A stretch of DNA of 63,971 nucleotides, counting the filler, from Reticulomyxa filosa (Eukaryota > Protista > Foraminifera), in assembly GCA_000512085.1 (NCBI GenBank). It is 16 parts of 16 records of this genome, joined end to end, with 100 filler letters (N's around TTAATTAATTAA, not from the genome) between each part and the next. Parts side by side here need not be neighbours in the genome. Positions count along the whole stretch, not along the records: positions 39,402 to 43,501 come from ASPP01000836.1; positions 43,602 to 55,148 come from ASPP01002585.1; 14 more parts are not named here. One strand, given 5' to 3'. The position numbers and the translations under genes are program-made. Shown here piece after piece: positions 40,369 to 50,984 of the stretch. Positions within the stretch are counted from its first letter, which is position 1; each line of letters opens with the position of its first letter. The notes beneath the pieces are model-generated. The model saw nothing but the letters and a program-made list of their open reading frames with translations. It ran no database searches and was not told where the DNA came from.

Positions 40369-41365
40369 ATGATTGTAAAAAAATTCCTTGAAAAGCTTCC
40401 AATGACAAAAAAGATTAAACCATTTTTGGGGTCCTCCAACAGCTCAAGTAAATTGGTGCGAGCAAGACTACCGAAATTCAGATATATTAGCGGAATATTG
40501 GAATTCATTGACGTCATTATGCTTTGTCGCCAGCGGTGTGAACATATTGTTCCGCATAAGCGCAATGAAAAGAAAAAACGAAACATTTTTTAAGATGGCA
40601 CATATAAACGCATTGCCGATGCATCTCTACATGCTATCATTAACAATAATAGGCATCGGGATATTTTCATTTCTATTTCACATGTCACTGCGTTGGGAAT
40701 TTGAGTTTTTGGATGAACTATTTCAATCATTGTTCATAGTAACTTCATTCCATTTGTTTTTTTCGGAGTCGAGACTTTACATGTTGCACGTGTTGTGCAG
40801 CATAGCGCTATTATGTTACGCCTGCTTTTGCGACAATGACTCAAATGAATCGGAAGAGTTTGAATCAATTTCATTGTTGGCATGGTTTGATTTTTACAAA
40901 ACGTATTATTTATGCGAATTGCACTTTGTTTGTTTGCTTGTGTTGAATATTTATCAAATGGCAAGTTTTAAGTTATCGTCTTTTTGCTCCTTTGCACATG
41001 CCAAGTTTTTCATGTGGAAATGCATCGCATTTTTATTGATTGCTCTCTGTACTTGCTTTTTTGATTTTTTCTATTGCAATGCAAATATCACTCACTTCAA
41101 TGTGGAGTTGCATGCGTTTGGATGGCATCTATTCTTTCTCTTCATGTTGAACGAATTGACGTGGTGGAATATCATTGTCTTTTTTCTTGATCAAGTGGAC
41201 CATTGTTTTGTCTTGCAACAACTACCGCACAGTTTTCAATGCCATTATGCCATCCGAGACCTGCTTGGCATCACTTACGATGTTGTCTACTATGTTGACA
41301 CTACAGCAAAAAAAATAATTGAGGCGCTTGGGAGACTGTGTGCATTTTTGTTTTTTTTTAAATGA
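40369..41365 (+). CDS. Alkaline ceramidase (ACER3-like, CREST superfamily); frameshift in T-run at 40423-40427
   Basis: Removing one T gives KPFWGPPTAQVNWCEQDY...AEYWNSLTS; also SFLFH, LDE and HAFGWH zinc-ligand motifs and multiple TM segments. Confidence 0.88.
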
Positions 41366-41693
41366 TTGGTGTTCCATTGGGATTGCTCACTCTCCAAATT
41401 TATTGATCTGATTTTTTAAATATTCTATTAAAATTGCTTTTATCAGTTTTTTGATGAATTTCTCAGTGTCGTTTATTCATTGCAATAGTTACAAAAACCT
41501 CGTCATTGGTATGTATGAATATAAGTATAACCAGTTTACATTTTAAATTCCAAATACCGAATTGAAAAACTCAATCTCACAAACTAAAAGTATCTGGCCC
41601 AGCAGTGCATACTTTGGTGTGAGCTGTTCGCGACTGGTTGCCCCTTGAAACTCAAATAAAAAAATTTCAAGCTACACATTTATGTCAGGATAA

Positions 41694-43415
41694 ATGTCCA
41701 CTTCGACAATCCTTTCATTGAAATCTCCAAGTCAAGCATCAAAGGAATTCTTTGATTCTTCACCTTCAAAAGGTCAGAGCATGTTAAAAACAGAGTCTTT
41801 TTTTTTGAGGAGAAAAGTTCTTTGAGTTGGAATTTGAAACGACAAAACAGCACAAATCTGGGAGCGTTTGGAGGTGTTGCTATGGTCACATCAAGACCAG
41901 GAGGACTACACACGTTTTTTTGAATGTTTGCGAGAGTTGGCAAGTGGAGGACGAGGGTTTGAGGAGATGTTTATAAAGAATCAGCCAAGTGGAATGTGTG
42001 GAAAAGAAGTGAGACAGGGAGAGCCAATATACACATGTCTCACCTGTGCAACAGCAGAGACGAGTGTGCAATGTGTGGAATGTTTTGATCATGCGGACCA
42101 CACCGGACATGAAGTAACGCTTCATTGTGCAAATGGTGGATGTTGTGATTGCGGAGATCCAGAGGCTTGGAATCCGATTGGTTTTTGTAAGTTTCATCAA
42201 GGATTTGAAGCAGAACTCAATTACATTAGTTGAGTGACTTTTCAATATTTTGTCTATGCACATTACGAATATATATATATATATACGTATACATATGCAC
42301 ATTTACATACCCATTTACGTATACGTGAATGTAAGAGTTGGAACCAGAAGTTGAAAGGTCTGGTCGATTGGTATGCGGCTTTTTGATATATCTATTAAGT
42401 CATGCGTTCAGTAGTGATCACGACGATGTCGTGCATTTGCCGTTGGCTATATCTCGTCACTCTTTTTTTTATCGTCTCTTTGCAAAGCAGAAGAAGAAGA
42501 AGAAGAAGGAGATTGGCGACGCATTTGGCCACTCTAATTTTCCCTCTTTGCAACAGTTGCAGCTGCAGCTGCAAGACTCTGCCGAACAACACGATAAAAT
42601 TCTCGTGGGTTACGGCGATGATAAAGACAACACGGACCAAAGTTTAGGCTCTTTTCTCCTTATCTCCCTCTCTCTCTCTTCTAGTTTTTTTCTCTTTCAA
42701 TCGCAACATACAAAAAGAGAGGCACTCCAAATCTAACGCACTTTTTAAATAAAATAAACTCATTCAGTGATAGCCTTTGCAAAGGAAGCATTAAGTTGCA
42801 ATGACGACGAAGGACATGAAATTGCATGGAGATTGCAAATGTTGGGGAAAACATATTTCGCGGTCGCGCCTGATGATATTGTCCAATCCATTGGCTCTGT
42901 TTTGTTTTTTTTTTTTTTATAATTTTTTGTTTGAATTAACAATAATAATAAATAAATAAATAATAAATAATAAGTAAATAAATAAATGATAAACATGGTC
43001 ACTCAACAAAAAGATATGGACGAGCAAAGGACTGAAAACTTCCGTTCAAACAACAGAGTCGACATATGTTCGCGTCTTATCGACAGAGTTTGTGATTGAG
43101 ATGATCAAATGCATAGCGTCGTGGACGAGCAGTGCCGTGTTACGACGTATAATTTCGCAATGTCTGATGCAAGACACAGACAAGCTGGGCAACTGTGACG
43201 ACAAGTTTTACGACACGACATGTTTGGTGGTGAGCATTCCAGGATGGGTGGACGACGGTAAGGAGCGGACGGAAGAGCCAACGCACTCCCCTTTGGGCGA
43301 GTGGGTGGAGAGTGACTACCATAACCGTTATAAAACGTCCGAGTTTGTGCATGAGACAAAGACGCCTTTGTGGTATTTTATGATGAGCGATTATTCAATG
43401 AGAAAGTTTCATTAA
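41694..43415 (+). CDS. UBR-box E3 ubiquitin ligase (N-recognin, UBR1-like), N-terminal exons; partial, frameshifts near the 5' end
   Basis: CGKEVRQGEPIYTCLTC...QCVECFDHADHTGHEV...GGCCDCGDPEAW...FCKFH is a complete UBR zinc finger (about 41995-42197). Confidence 0.88.
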
Positions 43416-43467
43416 AAAAAATTGATTATAAAAATATATACACATATAAATAAATTAATATATACGT

Positions 43468-43501
<34 letters not shown>

Positions 43502-43601
43502 NNNNNNNNNNNNNNNNNNNNNNNNNNNNNNNNNNNNNNNNNNNNTTAATTAATTAANNNNNNNNNNNNNNNNNNNNNNNNNNNNNNNNNNNNNNNNNNN
43601 N

Positions 43602-44185
43602 TGAAATCCCAAAAACGAATGGTTTTGTCAAATGATGAAGAACAAATGACATTTTGACGATGATTATGATAATGATATGATGAAAATTTCACACAATACA
43701 CACCACTTGAATGTTCATTGAATGATTGAATTTTTTTGTTATTATCAACATCCCATACACGGACTGTGTTATCCTCTGATCCAGAACAAATGAATTGATA
43801 ATCATCAAATGTTGAATAATCAATTCTCCACACAATGTCGGTATGTATAGCAAATTCGTTGATTAATTTAGACGATGAACGAAATGTTTCAAACAAGACA
43901 GTAGATATCTATTGTAAATAGGATTTAAATATTTTGGTTAGTATTTTTTAAAAAAATAGAACAAATGAGCTAACATAATTGACAACAAGTTTGTCAAAAT
44001 CTTTGATCCATCCTAATTTAATGTTTAATGTTCGAATCCAATGATGGATAATTATTTGGGTCTCTTCTTCTGTTGACTGTTTCAATTACATGCAACGCTA
44101 AATAAAATAAAGAATAAAAACTTAAAAACAAATTGGACTTAACTTTCATTGTAACTTTTTTAGTTTTCTCTTGAGATACTCTCAT
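43602..44185 (-). CDS. WD40 protein, 3'-truncated; exons 44185-44144, 44076-43975, 43908-43602
   Basis: Leader exon EEETQIIIHHWIRTLNIKLGWIKDFDKLVVNY followed by WD repeats (SGSEDNTVRVWD, SSFDKTIRFWD). Confidence 0.88.
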
Positions 44186-44863
44186 GATGTAAGATGAAAA
44201 AAATGTTTGAACTCTTGTTGATAGAAGGAAAAGCTGAACTAAGATTTATATAATAAACATTTTGAAAGATAAATGTTAATCAGTAACAGCAATTTTACAA
44301 AGCAAAAATCTTAAAATAAAAAATAGTAATCATAGAAGGGCAATATAATGTTACTTATTTTGTGAATTTTTTATTAGATCTGTGTAAGCACTCAATTGTT
44401 CAAAAACAGAATAAAATAAGTATATATTTATGATTATTTATTTGATGTGAAAATAGCTGTTAAATCTTACATATTTGTCTTTCTTACAACAAAAAATTTG
44501 TTTATGATAACTTTGTAAATTTGATCCAAAAGAAAAGATATTATGTAATTTTATTTGAATATTTCAATAAATATACAACAATGTTAATTTCCATAAATGT
44601 TCTTAAGCAGATTTTGTTGGCGTGGAAAGGTTCTCATGATTGAATCAGGAATGCCAGACACACTTCAAATTATATTTGAATTTTTGGAAAAATAAATTCT
44701 TCATAATGTGGCATTTTATATTCAGTTTTTTCTGCAACTACTGTAAGAGAATTTTCGAAGAAAACGTTATTTTTCACACAAAAAAACATTTAATGATGTT
44801 TTATTTGCACAAAAACAATAGCCAATAAAAAAAAAATTTATAATATTACATCTGCACAAAAAA

Positions 44864-47800
44864 TCAAAATTTTCCACCACGTTGTTCAACAAGTAATTTT
44901 TGTTGAGTTGTCAAACCATTTGTATCTTTCCATATACTATTTTTCATTGATAGACCACAAATTTGGGCGCCTGCTTGCCAAATACATTTGAATTCATCTG
45001 GTTCAGCAACATTTATTTTATTGTCTACACTACCCCATAATCGAACTGTTCTATCCTGTGAACATGATACAATTGTTTTACTATCTGGTGAAAATTTTAC
45101 ATCACATACAGTCGAAAAGTGTCCTTCCAATATTTGGATTCGGCGCCCTGAAGATGCATCCCACATTCGAATAGTATTTTCCATAATTGAAATGATTTTA
45201 GATCCGTCTGATGAAAATTGTAATGCCGAGATATTTTCCCCATCCTCTAACGTTTGAATTTGTTTTCCAGATAATGCATCCCATAATCGAGCTGTTCTAT
45301 CCATGGAACATGATACAATCTTGGAACCGTCAGGCGAAAAATATACTTCCTTGACTGCATCCGAATGTCCTTCTAGTAGGAGAAGTTGCTTTCCAGATGA
45401 TACGTCCCATAATCGAATTGTGTTATCTGTGGAACATGACACAATTTTAGACCCGTCTGGTGAAAATTTCACACGGTGTACTCCCTCTGAATGCCCTTCA
45501 AATAATTGAAGTTGTTTCCCAGACACTACATCCCATAATCGAGCTGTGTTATCACCAGAGCAGGAAACGAGTTTGCAATTATCGGGCGAAAATTGTAAAT
45601 GCATTATCCAAGAAGTGTGTCCCTGCAATAAATGAACTTGTTTTCCTGATGAGGTGTCCCATATGTAAATATTTGCATTATATGTGGACGATGCAATTTT
45701 TGTTCCATCTTGTGAAAATTGTACAAGATTTATATAAAGTGAATGTTCCAACAGATGTTCTCTTCTGGTTGTAATGTCGAATATTCGAGGTGTATTATCG
45801 TCTACGAAGGATACAACTTTAGAGCCATCGGGAGAAAAGTGTACTTCACGTATACCAGGCAAATGCCCTTCCACTACTTGAAGTTGTCTTCCTGTTTGCA
45901 CATCCCACACTTGAACAGTTTTATCTAATGAACAGGACATAACTTTGGAGCCATCGGATGAAAAATGTACATTCGTTGCAATATCTTGATGCCCTTCAAT
46001 TGACTGGTTTTTTCTTTCTAAAGTAATATCCCATACTCGAATTGTTCCATCATGTGACCATGACAATATTTTGGGATCCTTTGGAAAAAATTCTATTCCA
46101 GATACAGTTTGGGAATGCCCTTCTAATATATGTAACTGTTTTCCTGATGACACATCCCATATTCGAATTGTATTATCTTGTCCACCAGATACAATTTTAG
46201 AACAATCAGGGGAAAATCTTGCTATTACAACATCTGATGAATGTCCTTGCAATAATTGAATTTGGTTTCCAGATGATGCATCCCATATTCGAATTGTACA
46301 ATCTTCTGCACATGAGACAAACTTTGAACCATCTGGTGATAATTCAACACTTTTTATTGGAGCTGAATGTCCTTGCAAAACTTGCACTTGTTTACCTGAC
46401 AATACATCCCATATTCGAATGGTTTTATCTGTTGAATATGATATAACTTTCGATCCATTTAACAAAAATCTTGCTTCGGATACAAATTCTGAGTGTCCTT
46501 CAAACATTTGAAGTTGTTTTCCGGATGACACGTCCCATACTCGAATAATATTATCTTCCGAACATGATAAAATTGTAGAGCCATCTGATGAAAATTCCAT
46601 AAGTATAAGTTTCGGAAGACATGTTATTGATTGAATTCTATTAGAAGATGATATATCCCAAATGTGAAGAATATCATCCTCTCCACATGACGCAAATTTA
46701 GAACCATCAACAGAAAATCGAGCATTACCTGAAAAAATTGGATGATTTTCCCATATTTGAATTTGTTTACCTGATAACACATCCCATATTCGAATTGTCT
46801 TGTCTGATGAAGCAGATATAACCTTGGAGCCATCAGTTGAAAATTGAACTCTGACTATATCACCACTATGTCCTTGCAATAATTGAAGCTGCTTTCCAGA
46901 TGATGCATCCCATATGCGAATTGTTTTATCCCATGCATAGGACATAATTTTTGATCCGTCTGGTGAAAATTGAGCTCCTTTTACTATGTGAGAATGTCCA
47001 TGCAAATATGCATATTCACCAAAATAAATTTCGTTCATTGACGTGTTTGTAAAATTAACATTGTTTAAACAAGTTCGAATAAAACTAACGTGATCTAAAT
47101 TAGCATTGCTAAGATCAGTTCCTTCGAGAAAAGCACGATCTAAAATTGCATGAGGAATTTTGACATTATTCCAATTTTTATTATTCATATTAATATTTGC
47201 TACATTAAGTATGGTAGCTGTATTTGCGGCTGCAATACTAACGTTTTCATTGTTCTTTGATGATTCGATAATACGAAATAATCTTGATTTTAAATTTTTA
47301 AATATTGGATTAGTGTCATAAATTCTGTCCGCAATAAATTGAATTAATCCCAATTCCTCATTTAATAATTTGCGATTAATAAAGAGTTTCGAAACATTTG
47401 CTTCAAATTGTTGTTGAAATTGCTGATTGTCCATATTGACAGAACCAACAACAGATTTGGGTTTCCATGAAATGATATCAAATATAATTTTCTGTGCAGC
47501 ATAATATTCTTGACAAGATTTATGTAAAAATTGATATTTGTTATCGCCTACTCTTCTTAATACATATTTCGCAATGCTATCGCCATTGAAATATTTTTCC
47601 CAAACATCAGCAATACCAGACATTTCATCGGCTGCTTTTATTTCTGTTTTTTCATCTGCAGTATTACTTTTATCCTCATTTTCCATTATTGAATCTAATT
47701 TATTTAATATTTCATTGTCATTCTGATACTGAAAATCTCGTTCGATTGCAACTTGATTTCCTTGATAAAACATATCAAATCCTAAATCAAAGCAATATTG

Positions 47801-50419
47801 TCTTAGTGTTGCTTTGATTTTATTCACGTTCATTTGAATTCTTAATTCTGCCAGTTTAGATATGATATTTTGGCTATGAATATCAATCCATTGCTCATTA
47901 AATACTTCATACACTTGTGCTTTTGAAATCCTACTTCCTGCACCATATTGTTTTACTAATGATGGTAATACACTTAAAATTAATTGAAGAAGAAAAGGCT
48001 CTTCTACCATTTTCTGTAAATTTGGATAATTATTTAATGTTTCCTCATATGTTTGTGGTGTCCAATCATCGGCATCATCTCCCTTTTTTTTATTTTTAGC
48101 TTTCATTTTTGCAAATTTTTCAATGTAGCTATACATTTGTTGTTTTGTAAAGGGCCATAAATACATCATCCATGTATCATTTTGATTTACACCAATTAGA
48201 GAAGTAGTAATTTCATCTTCGTGCAATACATTGCTTCTACAAGTGACAATAACTTTTGCATTCCACTGTTTCAAATTAAAACGATCATAGAAATATTTAT
48301 CATTTTCATTTTTACGATAAAAATCGAATATTTCATCAAATCCATCCATAATAAATATAAATGGCACTTTTTCACTAATTACATCTAAAATTTCCTTGTT
48401 TATATTTTTACTTTGTAATGATTGCAAAATAATATCTCTTTCATTATTTTTGTTATAAACTCTTGGCAATGAAATATAAACTGGGATAGGATTTTTTGAG
48501 TTGGATATATAGCTATTCCATAATGCCTGTTCTAAATGTCGACAAAAGATGCTTTTTCCAGATCCTGATTTTCCTTGAATTATCATTATAGATTTTTTTT
48601 GATTGTGTTGTTGTTGTTGTTGTTCAATGTGTTCCTTTTTTTCTTCTTTTTCTTCTGTTTTCAAAAATTCGGTTACATATTGATAACAATCAAATGTCTC
48701 TTGTTTCTCATTATCATTGGTATCTATGTGTGGATAATTATTGGCCTGTAATGGGATATATGTTTCAAGTGCTTGCGCTATAGCAATATCTTCTTCCATT
48801 TCTTGCTTTCTTGCTTCTTGCAATAATAATGCAAAATCGGCACAACTTGCTGGATATTTATCTCCAATAACATATTTTTTGTAATACTCGTATAAAGTCA
48901 CATAAATGGCCTTTCCTTTCTTTTTTTCTGGAGCAAATTTACAAAGTTGTTCATACACAAAATGTGCCATTTTTAATGGTACATTGTCATTAATTTCTGC
49001 TTCACTCTTTTTGGATAATTGAGGTGGTTTCAATATTCCAATATCTAAATGAGGTTTATAACGATTTGCTATTTTTTGTATTCCCTTATCATCAACCCAT
49101 TCACAGATAATATCATTGATCTTGGTCAATGTTTCATCACTTGCCTGTTTAAATTCTTCTTCAATTTCAGAGTCATTTGGTTGCCATGCTCGAATGTGTT
49201 CATAGAATAAATGACTTAATTTTGGGTTTTCAATTACAGTATATCCCTCCAATGTTGTAAAGCTTTTCAGTGTTGCTTGCATTTCGACATATACATCATG
49301 TTTTGGAACATACAATTTGATATTGTGAAATCTGTGATGTGTTTTTGATTGTTTTTCAAAGAAGTCTTTGTCTTCAGAAACAATCAGATTAAATTTTTCC
49401 GCTTTCTTCATCACGGCCACTGCTGTTTGCAATTTGGTTGAATTATCGCACAAAATAGTGAATCTCCCAACGTCAAATACTTGATTGTAATCTCCATTAT
49501 AATCACATTGAATCTTTTCCAGTAATCTCACCTTATCTTTTACTTTTGGTGGTTTTACTACCGTTATCAGATATTTTTGCAGCTCGGCCACCAAATTTAT
49601 AATTTCCACACTTGTCATTGCAGCTTCGCTTCGCGTGATTAAGTCCTCCAAACTCGTTGCATGTTGTTTAATTTTTTTGGCTTTCAGTTCATAAGATAGC
49701 CCAGATTTGATTTGATAAAAGCATTGATAATGATTGTCCGTTGCAGGTGTCGGATCGTTGCTTGCAGAAATGGAATGCTCTGCATTGAATATCATGGTCT
49801 TGATGATGGACGCGACAGTAGATTGTCCACAGTCTGGACAGTAATAAAGTGTGTTATCGGCATGAAATGAAATAGCGCCAAATCCAAGATTTACCCATAC
49901 GGGCAACTTTGCCTTTGCGGCTAAGCAATCTATATTTGTGCAATAGCCTTGCAAATTTATTCCAGGCTTTGTTGTTCCAATTTCTACTTTTTCATCTTCC
50001 TTTTTTAATTTTTCTGCCCTCTGTTCCGCTTCGGCATTTACGTCTTTGTGTTCCGACTGCTGTGCGATCAAGTCTTGCGTATTACTGTCCTGTCTCATTA
50101 ACGTGGCTGTCATCTGTTCAATCACAATCGATACATTGCCATTGCTTTCTTCGAGTTTTTTCTTCAATTCCTCTTCTTTGACCATGTCACCATATAATCG
50201 TATCAAGGCTTTCATTTCCATTTCATATTTTTCTGATCCGATTCGCTTGTCCATTCCTCCTACCATTTTTACACATCCTTGAGGAATATCGCGCAACTTT
50301 TTTTCATCGCCCTTTGTAAACGTATATCTTATTTCTTCAAATTTTATAAACACCTCATTTTGCGTCTCTGTCGCTGACACATGGTCTCTGTTTCCAACAT
50401 CACTGGTATTGAATGCCAT
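44864..50419 (-). CDS. NLR/STAND-like protein: CUE-like, Zn-binding, RelA/SpoT-like nucleotidyltransferase, NACHT NTPase, pentapeptide repeats, 16 WD40 repeats
   Basis: Uninterrupted 1851-aa ORF. Walker A GKSGSGKS (about 48551-48574), Walker B FIFIMDGFDE (about 48332-48362), sensor-1 VIVTCR, PFLL, winged-helix YQFLHKSCQEYYAA, pentapeptide run (about 47030-47150), WD40s (about 45037-46990), RelA/SpoT-like motifs (about 49190-49570). Confidence 0.93.
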   Translation of the reverse strand: MAFNTSDVGNRDHVSATETQNEVFIKFEEIRYTFTKGDEKKLRDIPQGCVKMVGGMDKRIGSEKYEMEMKALIRLYGDMVKEEELKKKLEESNGNVSIVIEQMTATLMRQDSNTQDLIAQQSEHKDVNAEAEQRAEKLKKEDEKVEIGTTKPGINLQGYCTNIDCLAAKAKLPVWVNLGFGAISFHADNTLYYCPDCGQSTVASIIKTMIFNAEHSISASNDPTPATDNHYQCFYQIKSGLSYELKAKKIKQHATSLEDLITRSEAAMTSVEIINLVAELQKYLITVVKPPKVKDKVRLLEKIQCDYNGDYNQVFDVGRFTILCDNSTKLQTAVAVMKKAEKFNLIVSEDKDFFEKQSKTHHRFHNIKLYVPKHDVYVEMQATLKSFTTLEGYTVIENPKLSHLFYEHIRAWQPNDSEIEEEFKQASDETLTKINDIICEWVDDKGIQKIANRYKPHLDIGILKPPQLSKKSEAEINDNVPLKMAHFVYEQLCKFAPEKKKGKAIYVTLYEYYKKYVIGDKYPASCADFALLLQEARKQEMEEDIAIAQALETYIPLQANNYPHIDTNDNEKQETFDCYQYVTEFLKTEEKEEKKEHIEQQQQQHNQKKSIMIIQGKSGSGKSIFCRHLEQALWNSYISNSKNPIPVYISLPRVYNKNNERDIILQSLQSKNINKEILDVISEKVPFIFIMDGFDEIFDFYRKNENDKYFYDRFNLKQWNAKVIVTCRSNVLHEDEITTSLIGVNQNDTWMMYLWPFTKQQMYSYIEKFAKMKAKNKKKGDDADDWTPQTYEETLNNYPNLQKMVEEPFLLQLILSVLPSLVKQYGAGSRISKAQVYEVFNEQWIDIHSQNIISKLAELRIQMNVNKIKATLRQYCFDLGFDMFYQGNQVAIERDFQYQNDNEILNKLDSIMENEDKSNTADEKTEIKAADEMSGIADVWEKYFNGDSIAKYVLRRVGDNKYQFLHKSCQEYYAAQKIIFDIISWKPKSVVGSVNMDNQQFQQQFEANVSKLFINRKLLNEELGLIQFIADRIYDTNPIFKNLKSRLFRIIESSKNNENVSIAAANTATILNVANINMNNKNWNNVKIPHAILDRAFLEGTDLSNANLDHVSFIRTCLNNVNFTNTSMNEIYFGEYAYLHGHSHIVKGAQFSPDGSKIMSYAWDKTIRIWDASSGKQLQLLQGHSGDIVRVQFSTDGSKVISASSDKTIRIWDVLSGKQIQIWENHPIFSGNARFSVDGSKFASCGEDDILHIWDISSSNRIQSITCLPKLILMEFSSDGSTILSCSEDNIIRVWDVSSGKQLQMFEGHSEFVSEARFLLNGSKVISYSTDKTIRIWDVLSGKQVQVLQGHSAPIKSVELSPDGSKFVSCAEDCTIRIWDASSGNQIQLLQGHSSDVVIARFSPDCSKIVSGGQDNTIRIWDVSSGKQLHILEGHSQTVSGIEFFPKDPKILSWSHDGTIRVWDITLERKNQSIEGHQDIATNVHFSSDGSKVMSCSLDKTVQVWDVQTGRQLQVVEGHLPGIREVHFSPDGSKVVSFVDDNTPRIFDITTRREHLLEHSLYINLVQFSQDGTKIASSTYNANIYIWDTSSGKQVHLLQGHTSWIMHLQFSPDNCKLVSCSGDNTARLWDVVSGKQLQLFEGHSEGVHRVKFSPDGSKIVSCSTDNTIRLWDVSSGKQLLLLEGHSDAVKEVYFSPDGSKIVSCSMDRTARLWDALSGKQIQTLEDGENISALQFSSDGSKIISIMENTIRMWDASSGRRIQILEGHFSTVCDVKFSPDSKTIVSCSQDRTVRLWGSVDNKINVAEPDEFKCIWQAGAQICGLSMKNSIWKDTNGLTTQQKLLVEQRGGKF

Positions 50420-50984
50420 CGACTTTGTCGCTTCTTTTTTTTTTTACCAGGTACGTATAATTTTTTAAGTGGGAAAAAAAAAAAGGGGGAGAGCATGTAT
50501 GTGTCTTCTCTTTTGCTTCAGGTTTTTTCCTTTTACCGTTTTGATTCTTAAATCCTTTTTCTCCGCTTAGTCTCCAACGTGTGCATAGACGAAGATCGTG
50601 CACGCTGTCTGCGTTTTGTGTATGTCTTTTAAAGTAAAAAAACGGCCAAAAAAAAAGAAAAGAAAACACATTTCTGACCTAATTGTCCTTCAGACATAAA
50701 AGTCATGGTCGCAAAAAAACAACTTGTGATTAAGCAGCAAAAAAAAGAGCCAAATTTGTAAAAAAGGATTTTTCAAGCACAAAAAAACTTGCAACCGTAA
50801 ACCAGTTCATTTCGTTTAAAATCCGAAGAAAAGTCATTGTTTGAAAAAATAATAGGACAAACTGCTTGTTTTTTATTAAGGGAAACTGCCTCCAGAAGAC
50901 TATCTTTCGAGCTTTTGCAATCTGCACCAGTTAGTGTAGAACGGGTTGTTTCGTATTTTTTGTTTGAACGTTGTTTAATGCGAA

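Noticed and set aside
40423-40427. Programmed frameshifting or pseudogenisation in many genes (about 1958, 10835, 22125, 27531, 40423, 41800-41840)
   Set aside because: Each is a single-base change in a homopolymer run, in both directions, with no shared slippery motif, and the bacterial contig is affected too. Pyrosequencing-type error is the best explanation.
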